A DNA stretch of 64,000 nucleotides from an uncultured Gammaproteobacteria bacterium (GCA_963748215.1 CAVVHS010000006.1:1-64000), one strand, 5' to 3'. Shown: positions 1-13,463, counted from the stretch's first letter. The notes: a model not told the origin generated them from the letters alone. A program made the numbers and translations.

Positions 1-671
1 CTAGATCGCTGACATTCCAGAAGAGCGTCTGGTCAAGAAATTTGCTGATTGCAAGTGAATCCCGGTCGATGGTGATTCACTTGGGCTGACAGCACGTGTT
101 CAAGGCTAAGCCCCAAGCAACTGAGCAATGTACTATGGTTATTGTGGCCCCTGTTCTTTGTAACTATCTCGCCGACAAAATATTCCTGTCAATAGTGAGG
201 GCACTGTTCTTGAAACTGTAAGATGTGTCCATGGTAGTGATGAGATCTCTGTCCAGAATCTCGATACCTGTAGGAAATTGCCTACAGACAATGGTACGAA
301 CAGTTTGCATAATGCGATCTGCAAATAGTTATCGAATCTGGCCCAACGACGCCTGGCGGGTACAAAGAAGAGTACAAATGCGACAGTATTAAAATAACGA
401 TCAAATAGAATAAAGGGCTTGGATGTTTATTGCAGGGGAGCCGGTGTATTGCCGGTGTTGTTTCAACAAAATTCATTATCATCATTATCGTTGTGGCTTC
501 CACAGGGTGGCTCAGGCGTTTTTGCGGCTCCAGCCATCTGGATTGTATCTGTCACTTGCTTTGCATGCGGCACGTGGATATCCAGGGAGACCAGACAACT
601 GAATAAGCACAGCAGCTTGAAGAAGAGGTGGCGCCATTCCACCGTATAACACAGAAGCCTCGGTCAAGGTC

Positions 672-2790
672 GATAGCGGCTTGACCTGTCTGGTCATGAT
701 GGCACGGCTTTTTCACGGGTTGCCAGCCGACCCGGCACAGATCAAACATGAATTCGTGCAGAGCGGCGAGGTCTTTGGTGTTTCCGAGATTTTGCGCGCA
801 GCAAAAAAACTCGGATCTCAAAATACGCGCATCGGATATACATCCAGACAAATTATCCACGACACCGCTGCCTGCAATCGCGCATCTGCAGGATGGCAAC
901 TTCGTTGTGCTGGCTCGCGTAGATGAGCAGCGCGTGCTCATACAGGACCCCCGCGAAGGCCGTCCCACCCTCATGCCGCGTGAGGCATTCGAGCAGGCAT
1001 GGTCCGGTCAGCTGATCCTCTTCACAAAATGTGCCAATTTGCGCCCTGAAGACCGTAAATTCGATTTCACCTGGTTCATACCGGCCATTGTGAAATATCG
1101 AAAATTACTCGGCGAAGTCCTGCTGGCTTCCTTTTTTATCCAGCTCTTTGCCTTGCTCACGCCGCTGTTCTTCCAGGTGGTGATCGATAAAGTCCTGGTG
1201 CACAAGGCCATCACGACGTTACATGTCGTTGCTATCGGCATGCTGGCCATTGTGTTTTTCGAGACGATCCTGGGCGGGATGCGTGCCTACCTCTTTTCGC
1301 ATACTTCCAGCCGCATAGATGTGACACTGGGTGCGCAGCTGTTCCGCCATATGCTGCGGCTACCCATCGCCTATTTCGAGGCGCGCCGGGTGGGGGAGAC
1401 CGTGGCACGGGTTCGGGAGCTGGAAACCATTCGCCAGTTCCTGACCAGCTCTACATTGACGATCGTGATCGATCTGTTCTTCACCGTCGTATTTCTCGTG
1501 GTGATGTTCTACTACAGCCCGATTCTGACGTATGTGGTATTGGGTACCATTCCGGTCTATCTGCTGCTGTCAATTCTAGCTACACCGTTGTTTCGCAGTC
1601 GATTAGAGGAGAAATTCAACCGCGGTGCGGAAAACCAGGCCTTTCTGGTGGAATCGATCAATGGCATGGAAACTGTCAAGGCGATGGCCATTGAACCTGC
1701 CATGCAGCGCAAATGGGAAGAGCAGCTGGCCGGGTATGTAAAATCCAGTTTCCGGGCCGGCAATCTGAGCAATATTGCCGGGCAGATCGCCTCGTTCATT
1801 AGTAAACTCACCACCATCGTGATCCTGTGGATTGGTGCACACCTGGTGATGAACAACCAGCTTACCATCGGCCAGTTGATCGCCTTTAACATGCTGGCCG
1901 GCCGCGTCACAGGCCCGATTATGCGCATCGTCCAGCTCTGGCAGCAGTTTCAACAGGCCGGCATCTCGCTGCAGCGCCTGGGCGATTTGCTGAACGCCCC
2001 GCCCGAGCCGAGCTACACCAACCGTACCAACCTGCCTGAATTGTCAGGGCATATCCAGTTCGATAATGTCACCTTCCGCTATCGGCCGGATCGCCCGGAG
2101 GTGATACGTCAACTGACCCTTGATATCGAAGCGGGCAAGACCATCGGCATCGTCGGTCGGTCGGGATCAGGCAAGAGTACCCTGGCCAAGCTGGTGCAGC
2201 GGCTGTATGTGCCGGAAAGTGGCCGTGTTCTGATCGATGGGGTGGATCTGGCACAGATCGACCCGGTCTGGCTGCGCCGCCAGATCGGTGTGGTGCTGCA
2301 GGAAAACTTGCTATTCAACCGGAGCGTGCGCGACAACATCGCCCTGGCTGACCCAGGTCTGCCCATGGAACCGGTGGTGCAGGCGGCCAAACTGGCCGGT
2401 GCGCATGAATTCATCCTCGAACTACCGGAAGGTTACGACACCGTCATCGGTGAGCACGGTGCCACCCTATCGGGTGGACAGCGTCAACGCATCGCCATTG
2501 CGCGTGCGCTGGTGACGAATCCGCGCATCCTGATCTTTGACGAGGCCACCAGCGCGCTGGACTACGAGTCGGAAAGCATCGTACAGCGTAATCTCGCCCA
2601 CATCTGCCGTGGACGTACGGTGCTGATCATCGCCCATCGCCTGAGCACGGTTCGGCATTCGGATGGTATCTATGTCATCGACAAAGGCGGCATCGTCGAA
2701 TCGGGCACGCACCAGCAACTGATCAAGCTGAACGGCTATTACGCCAACCTGCACAAGCACCAGACAGGCCAGCTGGTGGCCAGTGCCTAA
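672..2790 (+). CDS. hlyB: Type I secretion ABC transporter (HlyB family, N-terminal C39-like domain); +1 frameshift near 815
   Basis: Walker A GRSGSGKS, signature LSGGQRQR, Walker B ILIFDEATSALD, and an ABC membrane domain. The C39-like start DSGLTCLVMMAR..HG..RAAKKLG is in the 681 frame and switches to the 748 frame at GGATCTCAAA. The true start codon is not resolved. Confidence 0.93.
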
Positions 2791-2813
2791 GGCTGCCGGG
2801 GAGACACATTGAA

Positions 2814-4214
2814 GTGATAGGGAGAATGTTCACAAGTATCGGAGACCATGTGCGTATCTGGCGCATGGCCTTGCAGCACCACAAGCAGCAGGAGGGAAAA
2901 GCGCGTCCTGACGGCATTGCAGTGGAATTTCTGCCCTCGGTGCTGGAGATTCAGGAGACCCCGCCATCCCCGCTGGGCCGCAAGATCGTGTATCTGATCA
3001 TTACCCTGTTCCTGGTCGCGATAACCTGGGCAACATTCGGCCAGATCGACATCATCACCGTGGCGCAGGGCAAAATCATCCCGGGGGATTACTCGAAGGT
3101 CATTCAACCGCTGGAAGCGGGCATCGTCAAGGCCATTCACGTGCGTGACGGTCAGGACGTCACCAAAGGTGATGTGCTGATCGAGCTCGATGCCTCAAAT
3201 CCTTCTGCGGACCACGGGCGGCTCATCAACGAGCGTACCAGCGCCATGGTATCGGCATGCCGGCTGCGCGCCCTACTGGAGGGTAATAACACCTTCACGG
3301 CACCAGAGGAAGCCGCACAAGACATCATCGATTTGCAGCAAAATCTGCTCCAGGATCAGCTAGCCGAACTCGAAAACAAGATTCAATCGGCGAACCTGCA
3401 AATCGATCAGCGGCGTGCGACGCTGAATGTGACCGAGTCGAATATCCGGCGGCTGGAAAGGACGCTACCCTTGATCAGCGAACGTGTAAAGGCGCTCGAG
3501 TCACTGTTGGAGAAAGACTACGTCTCGAAGACTGAATATTTATCGCTTGAGGAGGAGCGAATCAACAAGCAGCAGGAACTGGCGATGGAGCGCTATAAAC
3601 GTGTTGAGCAACAGGCAGCGCTCAATGATGCAATCAAGCGGCCGGAAGCCATTAAAACCGAATACAAAAATGCCTGGCAAAGCGAACTGGCGAAGATAGA
3701 AACCGATATCAAATCCCTTGAGAAGGAAGAGTCAAAAGCCAGTGTGCGCACCTCACAGCAGACATTGAGTGCGCCCATCGACGGTGTGGTCCAGCAACTG
3801 TCCGTGCACACGATTGGTGGTGTCGTCACGCCGGCGCAGCAGCTCATGGTGATTGCGCCAAAGGAAGGGCAGCTGGAGATCGAGGCGTGGATAGAGAACA
3901 AGGATATCGGTTTTGTGAATGAAGGGCAGTCGGCGGAAATCAAGGTTGAAGCCTTTCCCTTCACGAAATATGGCGTGATCGACGGTAGGTTGCAGCACGT
4001 TTCCCATGACGCCGTTCCACTGGAAAAGGTTGGATATGTTTATGCCGCACAAGTCGGCATGGAACAAACTACCATTGATGTCGGTGATAAGCAGATTAAC
4101 TTGTCACCGGGTATGAATGTGGCTGTGGAAGTGAAGACTGGGCAGCGTAGAGTAATTGAATACTTTTTAAATCCAATACTAAGAGGTTTTAGTGAAACGG
4201 CTAAGGAAAGGTAG
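2814..4214 (+). CDS. hlyD: HlyD-family type I secretion membrane fusion protein
   Basis: EFLP..LEIQETPPSP N-terminus, one TM segment, long coiled coil, APIDGVVQQL..HTIGGVVTP, FPFTKYG, C-terminal PGM..VEVKTG.RRVIEYFL. Confidence 0.95.
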   Translation: MIGRMFTSIGDHVRIWRMALQHHKQQEGKARPDGIAVEFLPSVLEIQETPPSPLGRKIVYLIITLFLVAITWATFGQIDIITVAQGKIIPGDYSKVIQPLEAGIVKAIHVRDGQDVTKGDVLIELDASNPSADHGRLINERTSAMVSACRLRALLEGNNTFTAPEEAAQDIIDLQQNLLQDQLAELENKIQSANLQIDQRRATLNVTESNIRRLERTLPLISERVKALESLLEKDYVSKTEYLSLEEERINKQQELAMERYKRVEQQAALNDAIKRPEAIKTEYKNAWQSELAKIETDIKSLEKEESKASVRTSQQTLSAPIDGVVQQLSVHTIGGVVTPAQQLMVIAPKEGQLEIEAWIENKDIGFVNEGQSAEIKVEAFPFTKYGVIDGRLQHVSHDAVPLEKVGYVYAAQVGMEQTTIDVGDKQINLSPGMNVAVEVKTGQRRVIEYFLNPILRGFSETAKER

Positions 4215-4348
4215 TTCATGTATGTGGATAATGGGAGCGTAGCATATGGATTCTATAATGCGAGGATATTGACTTCTTTGCACAGTATGAGTTGCGTCCG
4301 ATTTAAGGAAGTGATGTGATCACAAGGATATGAATAAGAGGTCTAGCA

Positions 4349-4888
4349 ATGTTTGGGTTACTATATTTCTCACTGTTAATCATTTATGTGGCAGTTTTAC
4401 GGTTAATAGTTAAGAGAGTGTATGACAAGCGTATTAAATACTTGTTACTAATGCTGGCAGTAACTATTCCATTCGGTGATGAAATCGTCGGGCGCGGTTA
4501 TTTTGAATATCTCTGCGCGTCTAAGACGGGTATACATGTTTATCAGACAGTCATATTGCCCTCGTTTTATTGGGGCGCAAACGGGGAACCCAATTTTCTA
4601 GAGGCGAATGGCAACTATCACTTGGAAAATTATCCACCACAACGCCAGAAAAGCGAATTTAGCACTACCTTTCATATTGAGAAAATGGTTGTTTCGATCA
4701 TAAACAGAGAGACGGACTCTGTTCTCGGCGACTACACAAATTATTTTTATTGGGGTGGATGGTTGCGTCGAGGACTATCGACACATGTTACTGCCAATTC
4801 ATGTGGAGGATCTCAGCAAAGATCCAATAAACTAATACGTAGTATCTTCAAACACAAGAGCGAACGTCGTAGGGGGAATCATGGCTGA
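4349..4888 (+). CDS. AT-rich hypothetical membrane protein; candidate immunity or accessory protein of the RTX lipase
   Basis: 179 aa with two N-terminal hydrophobic segments and two Cys. Its stop overlaps the RTX start (ATGGCTGA). Function is inferred only. Confidence 0.7.
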   Translation: MFGLLYFSLLIIYVAVLRLIVKRVYDKRIKYLLLMLAVTIPFGDEIVGRGYFEYLCASKTGIHVYQTVILPSFYWGANGEPNFLEANGNYHLENYPPQRQKSEFSTTFHIEKMVVSIINRETDSVLGDYTNYFYWGGWLRRGLSTHVTANSCGGSQQRSNKLIRSIFKHKSERRRGNHG

Positions 4889-7800
4889 TATCAACGCATA
4901 TTATCAGCAGGCACAGCTTGCTATGGCTGCATACGCGGCCAACCTGCATCAGGGAGACTCAGGATCAGCAAACAATAGTTATGTCGATAAGCTTATCGAA
5001 GCTGGAATGTCTCGATCACAAGCAGAAATATTTGCCGACACTTATAGTGTCGTAGATCAGTACACGAGTTTTCAAACCGGGCTGTCCGTGACAGTGTTTA
5101 GTGATTTAAGCGGTAATAAGTATGTCGCTATTCGTGGAACCGAACCCATCGATATCCTAGATTGGCAAAGTGATTTAGCCATATTAACTGGTCTTGTCGG
5201 GGAGTATTACCCGCCACAATATGGAGAATTGGTGACATATTATCAGCAGCTTGTAAGTCAAGGACTGCTTTCGAGTAGTGAAGCCATCACTGTGGCTGGT
5301 CACTCGTTGGGCGGTTTCCTCGCTCAGCTCTTTTCGGTAGATCACGCGGATGTTGTTGCAAAATCCTACACATACAATGCCCCTGGTATTGGCGGATTTG
5401 TGAGCCAACTTGGTGAATTGTTTGGTATAACTGATGGAACTATAAACAGCTCAGCTATTGTAAATATCCAATCTATCGGGTTATCAGCTGCTGCGGGATA
5501 CGGGACGCTTATCGGCTCGGTAGAAACGGCTTTTATTGAAGATCAAGCACCGAATCTGGTTGATAACCACAGAATACCCCATCTGGCTGATGCCCTCGCA
5601 GTGTATAACATTCTGTCGACACTTGATGCTGGTGCGGACTTTCAACAGCTTACTACGATTCTGAAAAACGCATCATATATGCCAGACAAAAGTCTGGAAA
5701 ATATAGTTAATGCATTGGGGGAGATTTATCAGGCTGGTGAATATGTGAATGTGGGTAATAGAGATGCACTGTATACAAGAATTAAAGATATAAGCGAAAG
5801 CCAGCTCTTTGCACAGTCTATTGGTTTTGTGAATATCGTGTCTATGAGCGAATTATCGCCAGACACATATGCAGTAGCAGCGGCTTCTGATTTAGGGTTC
5901 CTCTATGCGCTGGAGATTCTGAATCCATTCGCAATCGTTGGCGATGATGGCTTATATCCAGAATTGGATACCAACCAGTATACCCATCAATATCTCCAGG
6001 ATCGTGCATATTTGCTTGAGAATCAGTTGATCCGTGCGGCAAACGATTCTCCGCTTGCAGAGTATGGTTCAGAGTTTGATGGGCAGGGGCAGCAATACGT
6101 TGATATAAATTTGCACTTTGTCGATGCAGATACGAATTACGATGCATGGAAATATCACCCTGCTTCGCTTTCTCAAAAAGTATCAAATTTTTTCGGTAGT
6201 GATAGTAATGCCGATCAATTGATTGGTACGGATGAGATTGATCATCTATATGGACGTGGTGGCGATGATATTCTGATTCAGTCAGCTAATGGGCTTGATG
6301 ATAATAAATCGGACTATTTGGAAGGCGGTATTGGTAATGACATATATATCGTTGGTGGTGGCGATAGGATTCTAGATTTAGATGGCGTTGGATCTGTAAC
6401 ATTTAACGGATTCACTTTGCATGGCGGACTGGGCGACGCACAAATCTACCAACAGATTAACCAGCGCTTCACTTATACTCTGTCGGGAGAGACGTTGACT
6501 GTTCTCGATGCCGTCGAAAATGAAACCCTCACCATTGAAGGCTTTTCGAACGGCGATCTAGGTCTTGATTTGATCGATACCCAGCCAGTCAATAAGCAGC
6601 AGTCAATTATTACATTGGGACGTCACGATGCAACCATCAATACCGATGATGACGTGGCGGTCATCAATGGGGCTGGCGTCGATATGGTACAAACATGGGG
6701 CGAGATTCAGGATGCGATTCCGGCAAGTACCGACAGTGATCCTTTGATTGGCAATCATTATGATTTCGCAAACGCCATAGATGAAATTCATACCGGGGCA
6801 GGCAATGACAATGTCACTGTTGCGGACATCAACCTTAACCCCGATATCTGGTTCTTCGGTGGAGCCGGTAATGATTCCTTCCTGGCGTATGGCATGGATG
6901 ATGGGAGTGGTGCCAGTCAGGCCGGGGCGACAATCTACGGGGAGTCCGGTGATGACAGTCTGAACGGGTCCTACCTGGCAGACTGGGTCGATGGAGGAGC
7001 TGATCACGACATGATATCGGGTCGCGGCGGTGACGATATTCTGCTGGGCGATGTGGGCAATGATCTGGTGTTTGGCGGGGATGGTCAGGATGACATCATT
7101 GGCGGAAATGATAACGACTGGCTGTATGGTGGTGCGCAGTCGGATTTTATCGAGGGCGGCAGCGGAAACGACAGGATCTATGGGGATACTGAGATCGGCA
7201 GTGTCATCGACGCAACAGGAACGGAGCGGCGTGCGATCAGGACGTGGGACGGTGCAAATGAGGCGATTGGATTCTATCCAGCTGATACCTGGTGGGTCCT
7301 CCCGGAGAGCCAGACTGTACTGGATTTACCAGCCACGCGCGATGTCGCAGCGGCCGAGGTTGGCGATGACATCCTTTCAGGCGGTGCGGGAAGCGATGCG
7401 ATATTCGGCGGTGGCGGAGCGGATGATATTTATGGCGGCGATGATGCGGACCTGCTTGCAGGTGAGGCCGGTGCTGACAGGCTGTTCGGTGATGCGGGTA
7501 ATGATTTGCTGTACGGCGATATTTATCAGGCGCAGTATGACTACGATCAGGAAATCATCAATTCAGACTACAGTGCATCGCTGGATTTGACGGTTACCCA
7601 GATACGCAGGCAGTACCAGGACCCGGTGGATGTGGCAGGTGATGATGACCTGTATGGCGGCCTGGGTATCGATCGTCTGTATGGCGGCGGTGGCAATGAT
7701 GTCCTGAATGGTGGCGCGGATAACGATTATCTGGCAGGCGGCACCGGTGATGATAGCTATGTCTTCGATCTCAACTGGGGTGTGGACACCCTGCGTGAAG

Positions 7801-10800
7801 AAGATGGTGTGGATACCATCCGTTTCGGTGCGGGTATTCTTGCCACTGACATTTCCGTAACCGCGAATGGTGCTGATCTTGTCTTGTCGGATACTGATGG
7901 AAGCGAGATACACATCAAGGACTGGTATAACGGTACACGCATCGAGCATGTCGTGTTTTCGGATGGAAGTGCCTGGTCAGAAGCCGATTTAACGGCGGCG
8001 GCACAACACCAGACCGGTGACGATGGCGACAACGACCTGTCCGGCATTCCAAATGAAGCCAATGTACTGGATGGTGGTGCCGGTAACGACCAGTTAACCG
8101 GCGGTATCCAGGCTGATACTCTGATCGGCGGTGACGGCAATGATGTCCTGTACGGTGGTGGTGGCGATGATCAGCTACTCGGTGGCGCTGGCGCAGATAT
8201 ATATGAAGTAGGGAATGAGGCTGGCGCTGTTACACTGGTGGACGATGCGACCGACGGCAGTGTGAATACTGTCCGCTTTGCGCAAGGCCTGCAGCTTACC
8301 GACATCACTTCGATTCAGTCCGGCAGTGACCTTGTCCTGAACTGGAATTCGGTGGCAGGCAGTGCGACGATCAAGGGCTATTACGACAACCCGGCGGCCT
8401 GGCGTTTCGAACTGGATATCGGACTAACGGTTCCGAATGCGTTCCTGGATGACCCCTCACAGCTGTCGGTAATCAGCGAAGAGCAGCAGGCGTATCAGCA
8501 ACGTTTGCAAACTGATTTGCTGGCGACCGTCCAGTCGCCGTCGCCGGTGTCTGGTAATGTCACCCTCACGGTACCCCAGGCAGGTAGTATTTATGACTTG
8601 CTGGCTTACAGTAATGACCTCTCGCTCGGCATCGGTTTCTCCGGTCTGACGGCAACGGTGAATGACACGCTAAAACATGAAACCACTGTCGTCATCGATC
8701 AAATGCAGGGGACAGACGGTTCAGATACACTGAGTCCGGTTGCCACCTCGATACATCAGATCAACACCAGGAGTGCCTATCTTTGGTTGTCTGATGTGAC
8801 TCAGACCACGGATACGACATATACGGCAACCATAGAAAAGTCCAGTTATGATCGTCCCGCATTCATTCCGGAAACAGAGCTGGCGAACGCTGGTGATTTG
8901 TATGGGAATATCCTGCGCATAGACGTCACGGTTTCATCTGACACCTATCCGGTGACAATACTCGATAGCGGCGCCGGGAATGACCGCATTGGCAATGAAA
9001 TACAGCTACCTTATGGCTCAATTGCGAGCACATTCATGGATGGGTCCTTCTTTGCTTCAGACTATTACAAAACCCAGATCATTGCTTCCGGCGGCGACGG
9101 GTTTGATGCCCTGTTCGGAGGCGCCAGAGGCGACTATCTGGAGGGTGGCAATGGGCTGGACCGGATTTACGGCTATGGCGGTGATGACGTTCTGGTCGGC
9201 GGAGAGGGCGATGACTCCCTCTACGGCCATGCCGGATCGGATCGTTATGCCATCGATTTCTCTCAATCCGGCCATGACTACATAGAAGATAACGGCTTGT
9301 TCACTGATGGGGATGTCACTGGCCTGCTGATTGAAGGCCGTGGAATGTCCAGCAGCGAGGCCGTCGAGTTCCTGCGTACCGCGACGGACGCTGATGTGCA
9401 GGACCTGAAGGACGAGTTCGGTCTTGTGGATGCGAAGGATACGTTACGGATGAATATCAATCTCGCAGACGCCAGCCTGTCCTGGGTGCCGCCGAATAAT
9501 GAGGAGCGCATCGGCATCAGGATCCAGCCACAGGGCAATGCTGATGCATCAGTCACCGTGTGGATGCGTGGGCCAATTGATTTCCTCGGCTTTGGTATCG
9601 AAACCTTCGAATTCGCGGATGTCACACTGACTCAAGACGAATTGATTGCGAACCTTCCTCCCTTCCCCTCGGTTTGGGAATTTGAAGGCACTGCGAATGC
9701 AGACAGCCTTGAGGGAACCGACCTGGAGGACATCCTGGTCGGTAAGGCAGGCGATGATTCACTCGAAGGCAGGGCAGGGAATGATGTTTATCTGTTCAAT
9801 GCCGGAGACGGGTTTGACTACATTTACGACTATAACGGGGAGGATGATGCCGGAATCGATACACTGTCCATCGGCATGGGCATCAATCCGGCAGATGTGA
9901 AGGCTGCCTACTGGATCGATGATTACGGTGACGAGACCTATTACGCGCTATTCCTGTATTTCGACGATACCGGAACGGATGGCGTCTTCCTGGATTGGTT
10001 ATACACCTACAATGATGGTGTGGATGTTTATCCAGAAAATACCAACATTGAGTATATCCAGTTCCTGGATGCCAATGGGGGCCAAATCTTTGACCTGGCA
10101 GCGATTGTACAGGCCAGGGTAGCGGAACTGACTGATGCTTATGATCAGGATACCCCGATTCAGTTATTCACGCCCGAGGTCCTGGCCAACTTTGACGTTA
10201 CGGCAACCGTTGGTCTGGCGGGTGGTGCGGCTGCGTACAATTACGCGACTACTGGCGATATTCATACTGCACCGCAGACACCGGCCCTGAATGAGATTCA
10301 GGGTACTGGAGCATCCGATACGCTCATTGGTACAGACGGTGCTGACCGCATCGATGGAGGCTCCGGCAACGATACGATCGATGGTGGCCTTGGTAATGAT
10401 GTCATCATAGGTGGTGCCGGCTCGGATACTCTGAGCGGCGGTGCCGGCGACGACACGTTCCTGATCGAGGGCACCGACGGCGGCTATGACAGCTTCGACG
10501 GCGGGGCCGGGGTGGACACGATCCTGGGCGGAGACGGCGACGACACGATCCGGCTGCATAACTTCAATGCGGCGAGCAGCGTGGAGGCAATCGACGGCGG
10601 CCTGGGCATGAACGTGATCGCCGGCACCGGGGCAAGCAACAGCATCGACCTCAGCGGTACGACGGTCAGTAACATCGACCACATCGACACCGGCGCGGGC
10701 AACGACACGGTGGTCGGTACGGCGGGTGCCGATACGATCATCGGCGGTGCGGGTTCGGACAATCTGAGCGGTGGGGATGGGGATGACACCTTCCTGATCG

Positions 10801-12903
10801 ACGGCACCGACGGTGGCTACGACAGCTTCGACGGCGGCGCCGGGCAGGACACCATCCTGGGCGGAGACGGCGACGACACGATCCGGCTGCACAACTTCAG
10901 TGCGGCGAGCAGCGTGGAGGCAATCGACGGCGGCCTGGGCGTGAATGTCATTGCCGGCACCGGGGCAAGCAACAACATCGATCTGAGCGGCACGATGGTC
11001 ACTAACATCGATCATATCGACAGCGGTGCGGGTAACGACACGGTGATCGGTACGGCGGGTGCCGATACCATCATCGGCGGTACCGGCTCGGACAATCTAA
11101 GCGGTGGTGACGGTGACGACACGTTCCTGATCGACGGCACCGACACCGGCTACGATACCTTTGACGGTGGCGCCGGGGTGGACACCATCTTGGGCGGTGC
11201 GGGCGACGACACCCTCCGGCTGCACAACTTCAGCGCCGCCTCCAGCGTGGAGGCGATTGACGGTGGGCTGGGCATGAATGTGATTGCCGGCACCGGGGCA
11301 AGCAACAACATCGATCTGAGCGGCACGATGGTCACTAACATCGATCATATCGACAGTGGGGCGGGCAACGACACGGTGATCGGTACGGCGGGTGCCGATA
11401 CCATCATTGGCGGTGCGGGTTCGGATACCCTGAGCGGCGGTGCCGGCGACGATACCTTCCTGATCGATGGGACGGACGGTGGTTACGACACCTTCGACGG
11501 CGGTGCCGGGGTGGACACGATCCTGGGCGGTGCCGGCGACGACACCCTCCGGCTGCACAACTTCAGTGCGGCTGACAGCGTGGAGGTGATTGACGGCGGC
11601 CTGGGCATGAATGTCATTGCCGGCACCGGGGCGAGCAACAGCATCGATCTAAGCGGTACCACGGTGAGCAACATCGATCATATCGACAGTGGGGCGGGCA
11701 ACGACACGGTAATCGGTACGGCGGGTGCCGATACCATCATCGGCGGCGCCGGTTCGGACACGCTGAGCGGTGGTGCCGGCGACGATACCTTCCTGATCGA
11801 GGGCACCGATTCCGGCTATGACAGCTTTGATGGGGGTGCCGGGGTGGACACCATCCTGGGCGGTGCGGGCGACGATACCCTCCGGCTGCACAACTTCAGT
11901 GCCGCGGACAGCGTGGAGGCGATCGACGGCGGCCTGGGCATGAATGTGATCGCCGGCACCGGGGCGAGCAACAACATCGACCTCAGCGGCACGACGGTCA
12001 GCAATATCGATCATATCGACACCGGTGCGGGTAACGACACGGTGATCGGTACGGCGGGTGCGGACACCATCGTCGGTGGTGCGGGCTCGGATACCCTGAG
12101 CGGCGGTGCCGGCGACGACACGTTCCTGATCGAGGGCACCGACGACTGGCTATGACAGCTTCGACGGCGGGGCCGGGCAGGACACTATCCTGGGCGGCGC
12201 CGGCGACGACACCCTCCGGCTGCACAACTTCAGTGCCGCGGACAGTGTGGAGGTGATCGACGGCGGCCTGGGCATGAATGTCATTGCCGGCACCGGGGCG
12301 AGCAACAACATCGACCTCAGCGGCACGACGGTCAGCAACATCGATCATATCGACAGTGGCGCAGGCAACGACACGGTGGTCGGCACGGCGGGTTCGGATA
12401 CGATCATCGGTGGTGACGGAGCAGATCAGCTCTACGGTGCTGCAGGAAATGATGCACTTGATGGAGGAAGTGGCAATGACATCCTGCATGGAGGAACAGG
12501 GGATGACATTTATCACTTCTACCGTGGCGCCCAGAATGACACGGTATTTCAACAAGATGACTCCGGACAGCTCGTGGATACCGGTGCAGATACTGTATTG
12601 GTGGGCGGCGGTGTCGATCTAAACCAGTTGTGGTTTACCAGAAATCTGAATGACCTCGAGGTAAACATCGTGGGTACGGGTGATATGCTGGTTATTAACA
12701 ACTGGTATGCCGATGATAGTTACCATGTTGAGAAATTCGAGCTATCAAATGGTGACATCCTGCTGGATACGCAGGTCGATCTGTTGGTCAATGCCATGGC
12801 AGTATTTGATCCACCGGCACCTGGGCAACTGGATCTACCTGTTGACGTCCAAGATGATCTCAATCCCGTCCTTGCGGTAGCCTGGCAAGGCTCGGCTGGA
12901 TAG
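4881..12903 (+). CDS. Giant RTX Ca2+-binding T1SS substrate with an N-terminal alpha/beta-hydrolase (class 3 lipase-like) domain; +1 frameshift near 12145-12150
   Basis: AIRGTE and VAGHSLGG nucleophile elbow, many GGxGxD nonapeptides, and a C-terminal T1SS-type tail (LVNAMAVF..LNPVLAVAWQ) in the 12247-12903 frame. Confidence 0.9.
10402..12410 (+). repeat. Six tandem ~333-bp (111-aa) coding repeats in the RTX gene
   Basis: The unit GAGSDTLSGGAGDDTFLI..RLHNFSAA..IDLSGT.VSNIDHID.GAGNDT recurs. Antisense shadow ORFs at 10484, 10817, 11150, 11483, 11816 and 12150 are spaced 333, 333, 333, 333 and 334 bp. Confidence 0.95.
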
Positions 12904-13042
12904 CAGGTCTAACCACACACCTACCACGCAACGTATATTCATTTCATTGCGTGGTAGGTGTATTTTCAAATTTTGAATGCTCTTATTGTTGAACAATACG
13001 TATGCATGCAAGCGTCTAAAATGAATGCCCGAAACCTGCCAA

Positions 13043-13140
13043 AACAAGGGCTTATTGGCCCAAAATCGCGATAATTTTAGACGCGGAAGAAGGTTATAAA
13101 GATTATATAAAACAGAGAGATAAGTGTTGTTTGCCAATCA
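13043..13140 (+). repeat. Module end sequence, family A, copy 1
   Basis: AACAAgGGCTTATTGgCCCAAAATCGCG..ATTTTAGACGCGGA..GATAAG.G..GTTT.C.A..CA lies directly before the tRNA fragment. It is homologous to 18256-18353 and 48721-48819. Confidence 0.85.
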
Positions 13141-13188
<48 letters not shown>

Positions 13189-13403
13189 CATAAATAACAG
13201 CAAGTTAGAAAGACATTGAAGAATCTTTCGACTTGCTACCAAATCTCTCGAAACTCCCATTCTTCTTGAAAACAAGTAGTTAAACATCAGGTAGAACACC
13301 TGTGCAATTTACAGGTGTTCGTGTCAGGTCGAGGGCTAGCACGCAGGTGGATGGTTCACATGAGTCAGTAGCCTTGTGTCGTCTGCCATGACCATTGCTT
13401 TTT

Positions 13404-13445
13404 GTTGACTATGGCTGTCACTCCGTTGATTATGGCTGTCACTCC
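13404..13445. repeat. 21-bp tandem direct repeat upstream of the metal-uptake operon
   Basis: GTTGACTATGGCTGTCACTCC followed by GTTGATTATGGCTGTCACTCC (one mismatch). Confidence 0.85.
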
Positions 13446-13463
13446 AACTAGATTACCAGCTGC

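Noticed and set aside
1-670. Genes or RNA elements upstream of hlyB
   Set aside because: Only short ORFs without motifs are present. This may be a decayed gene, but I cannot support any call.
748-4214. Missing tolC as a sign of a novel secretion route
   Set aside because: TolC is commonly encoded elsewhere, and the module continues beyond the left edge of the window.
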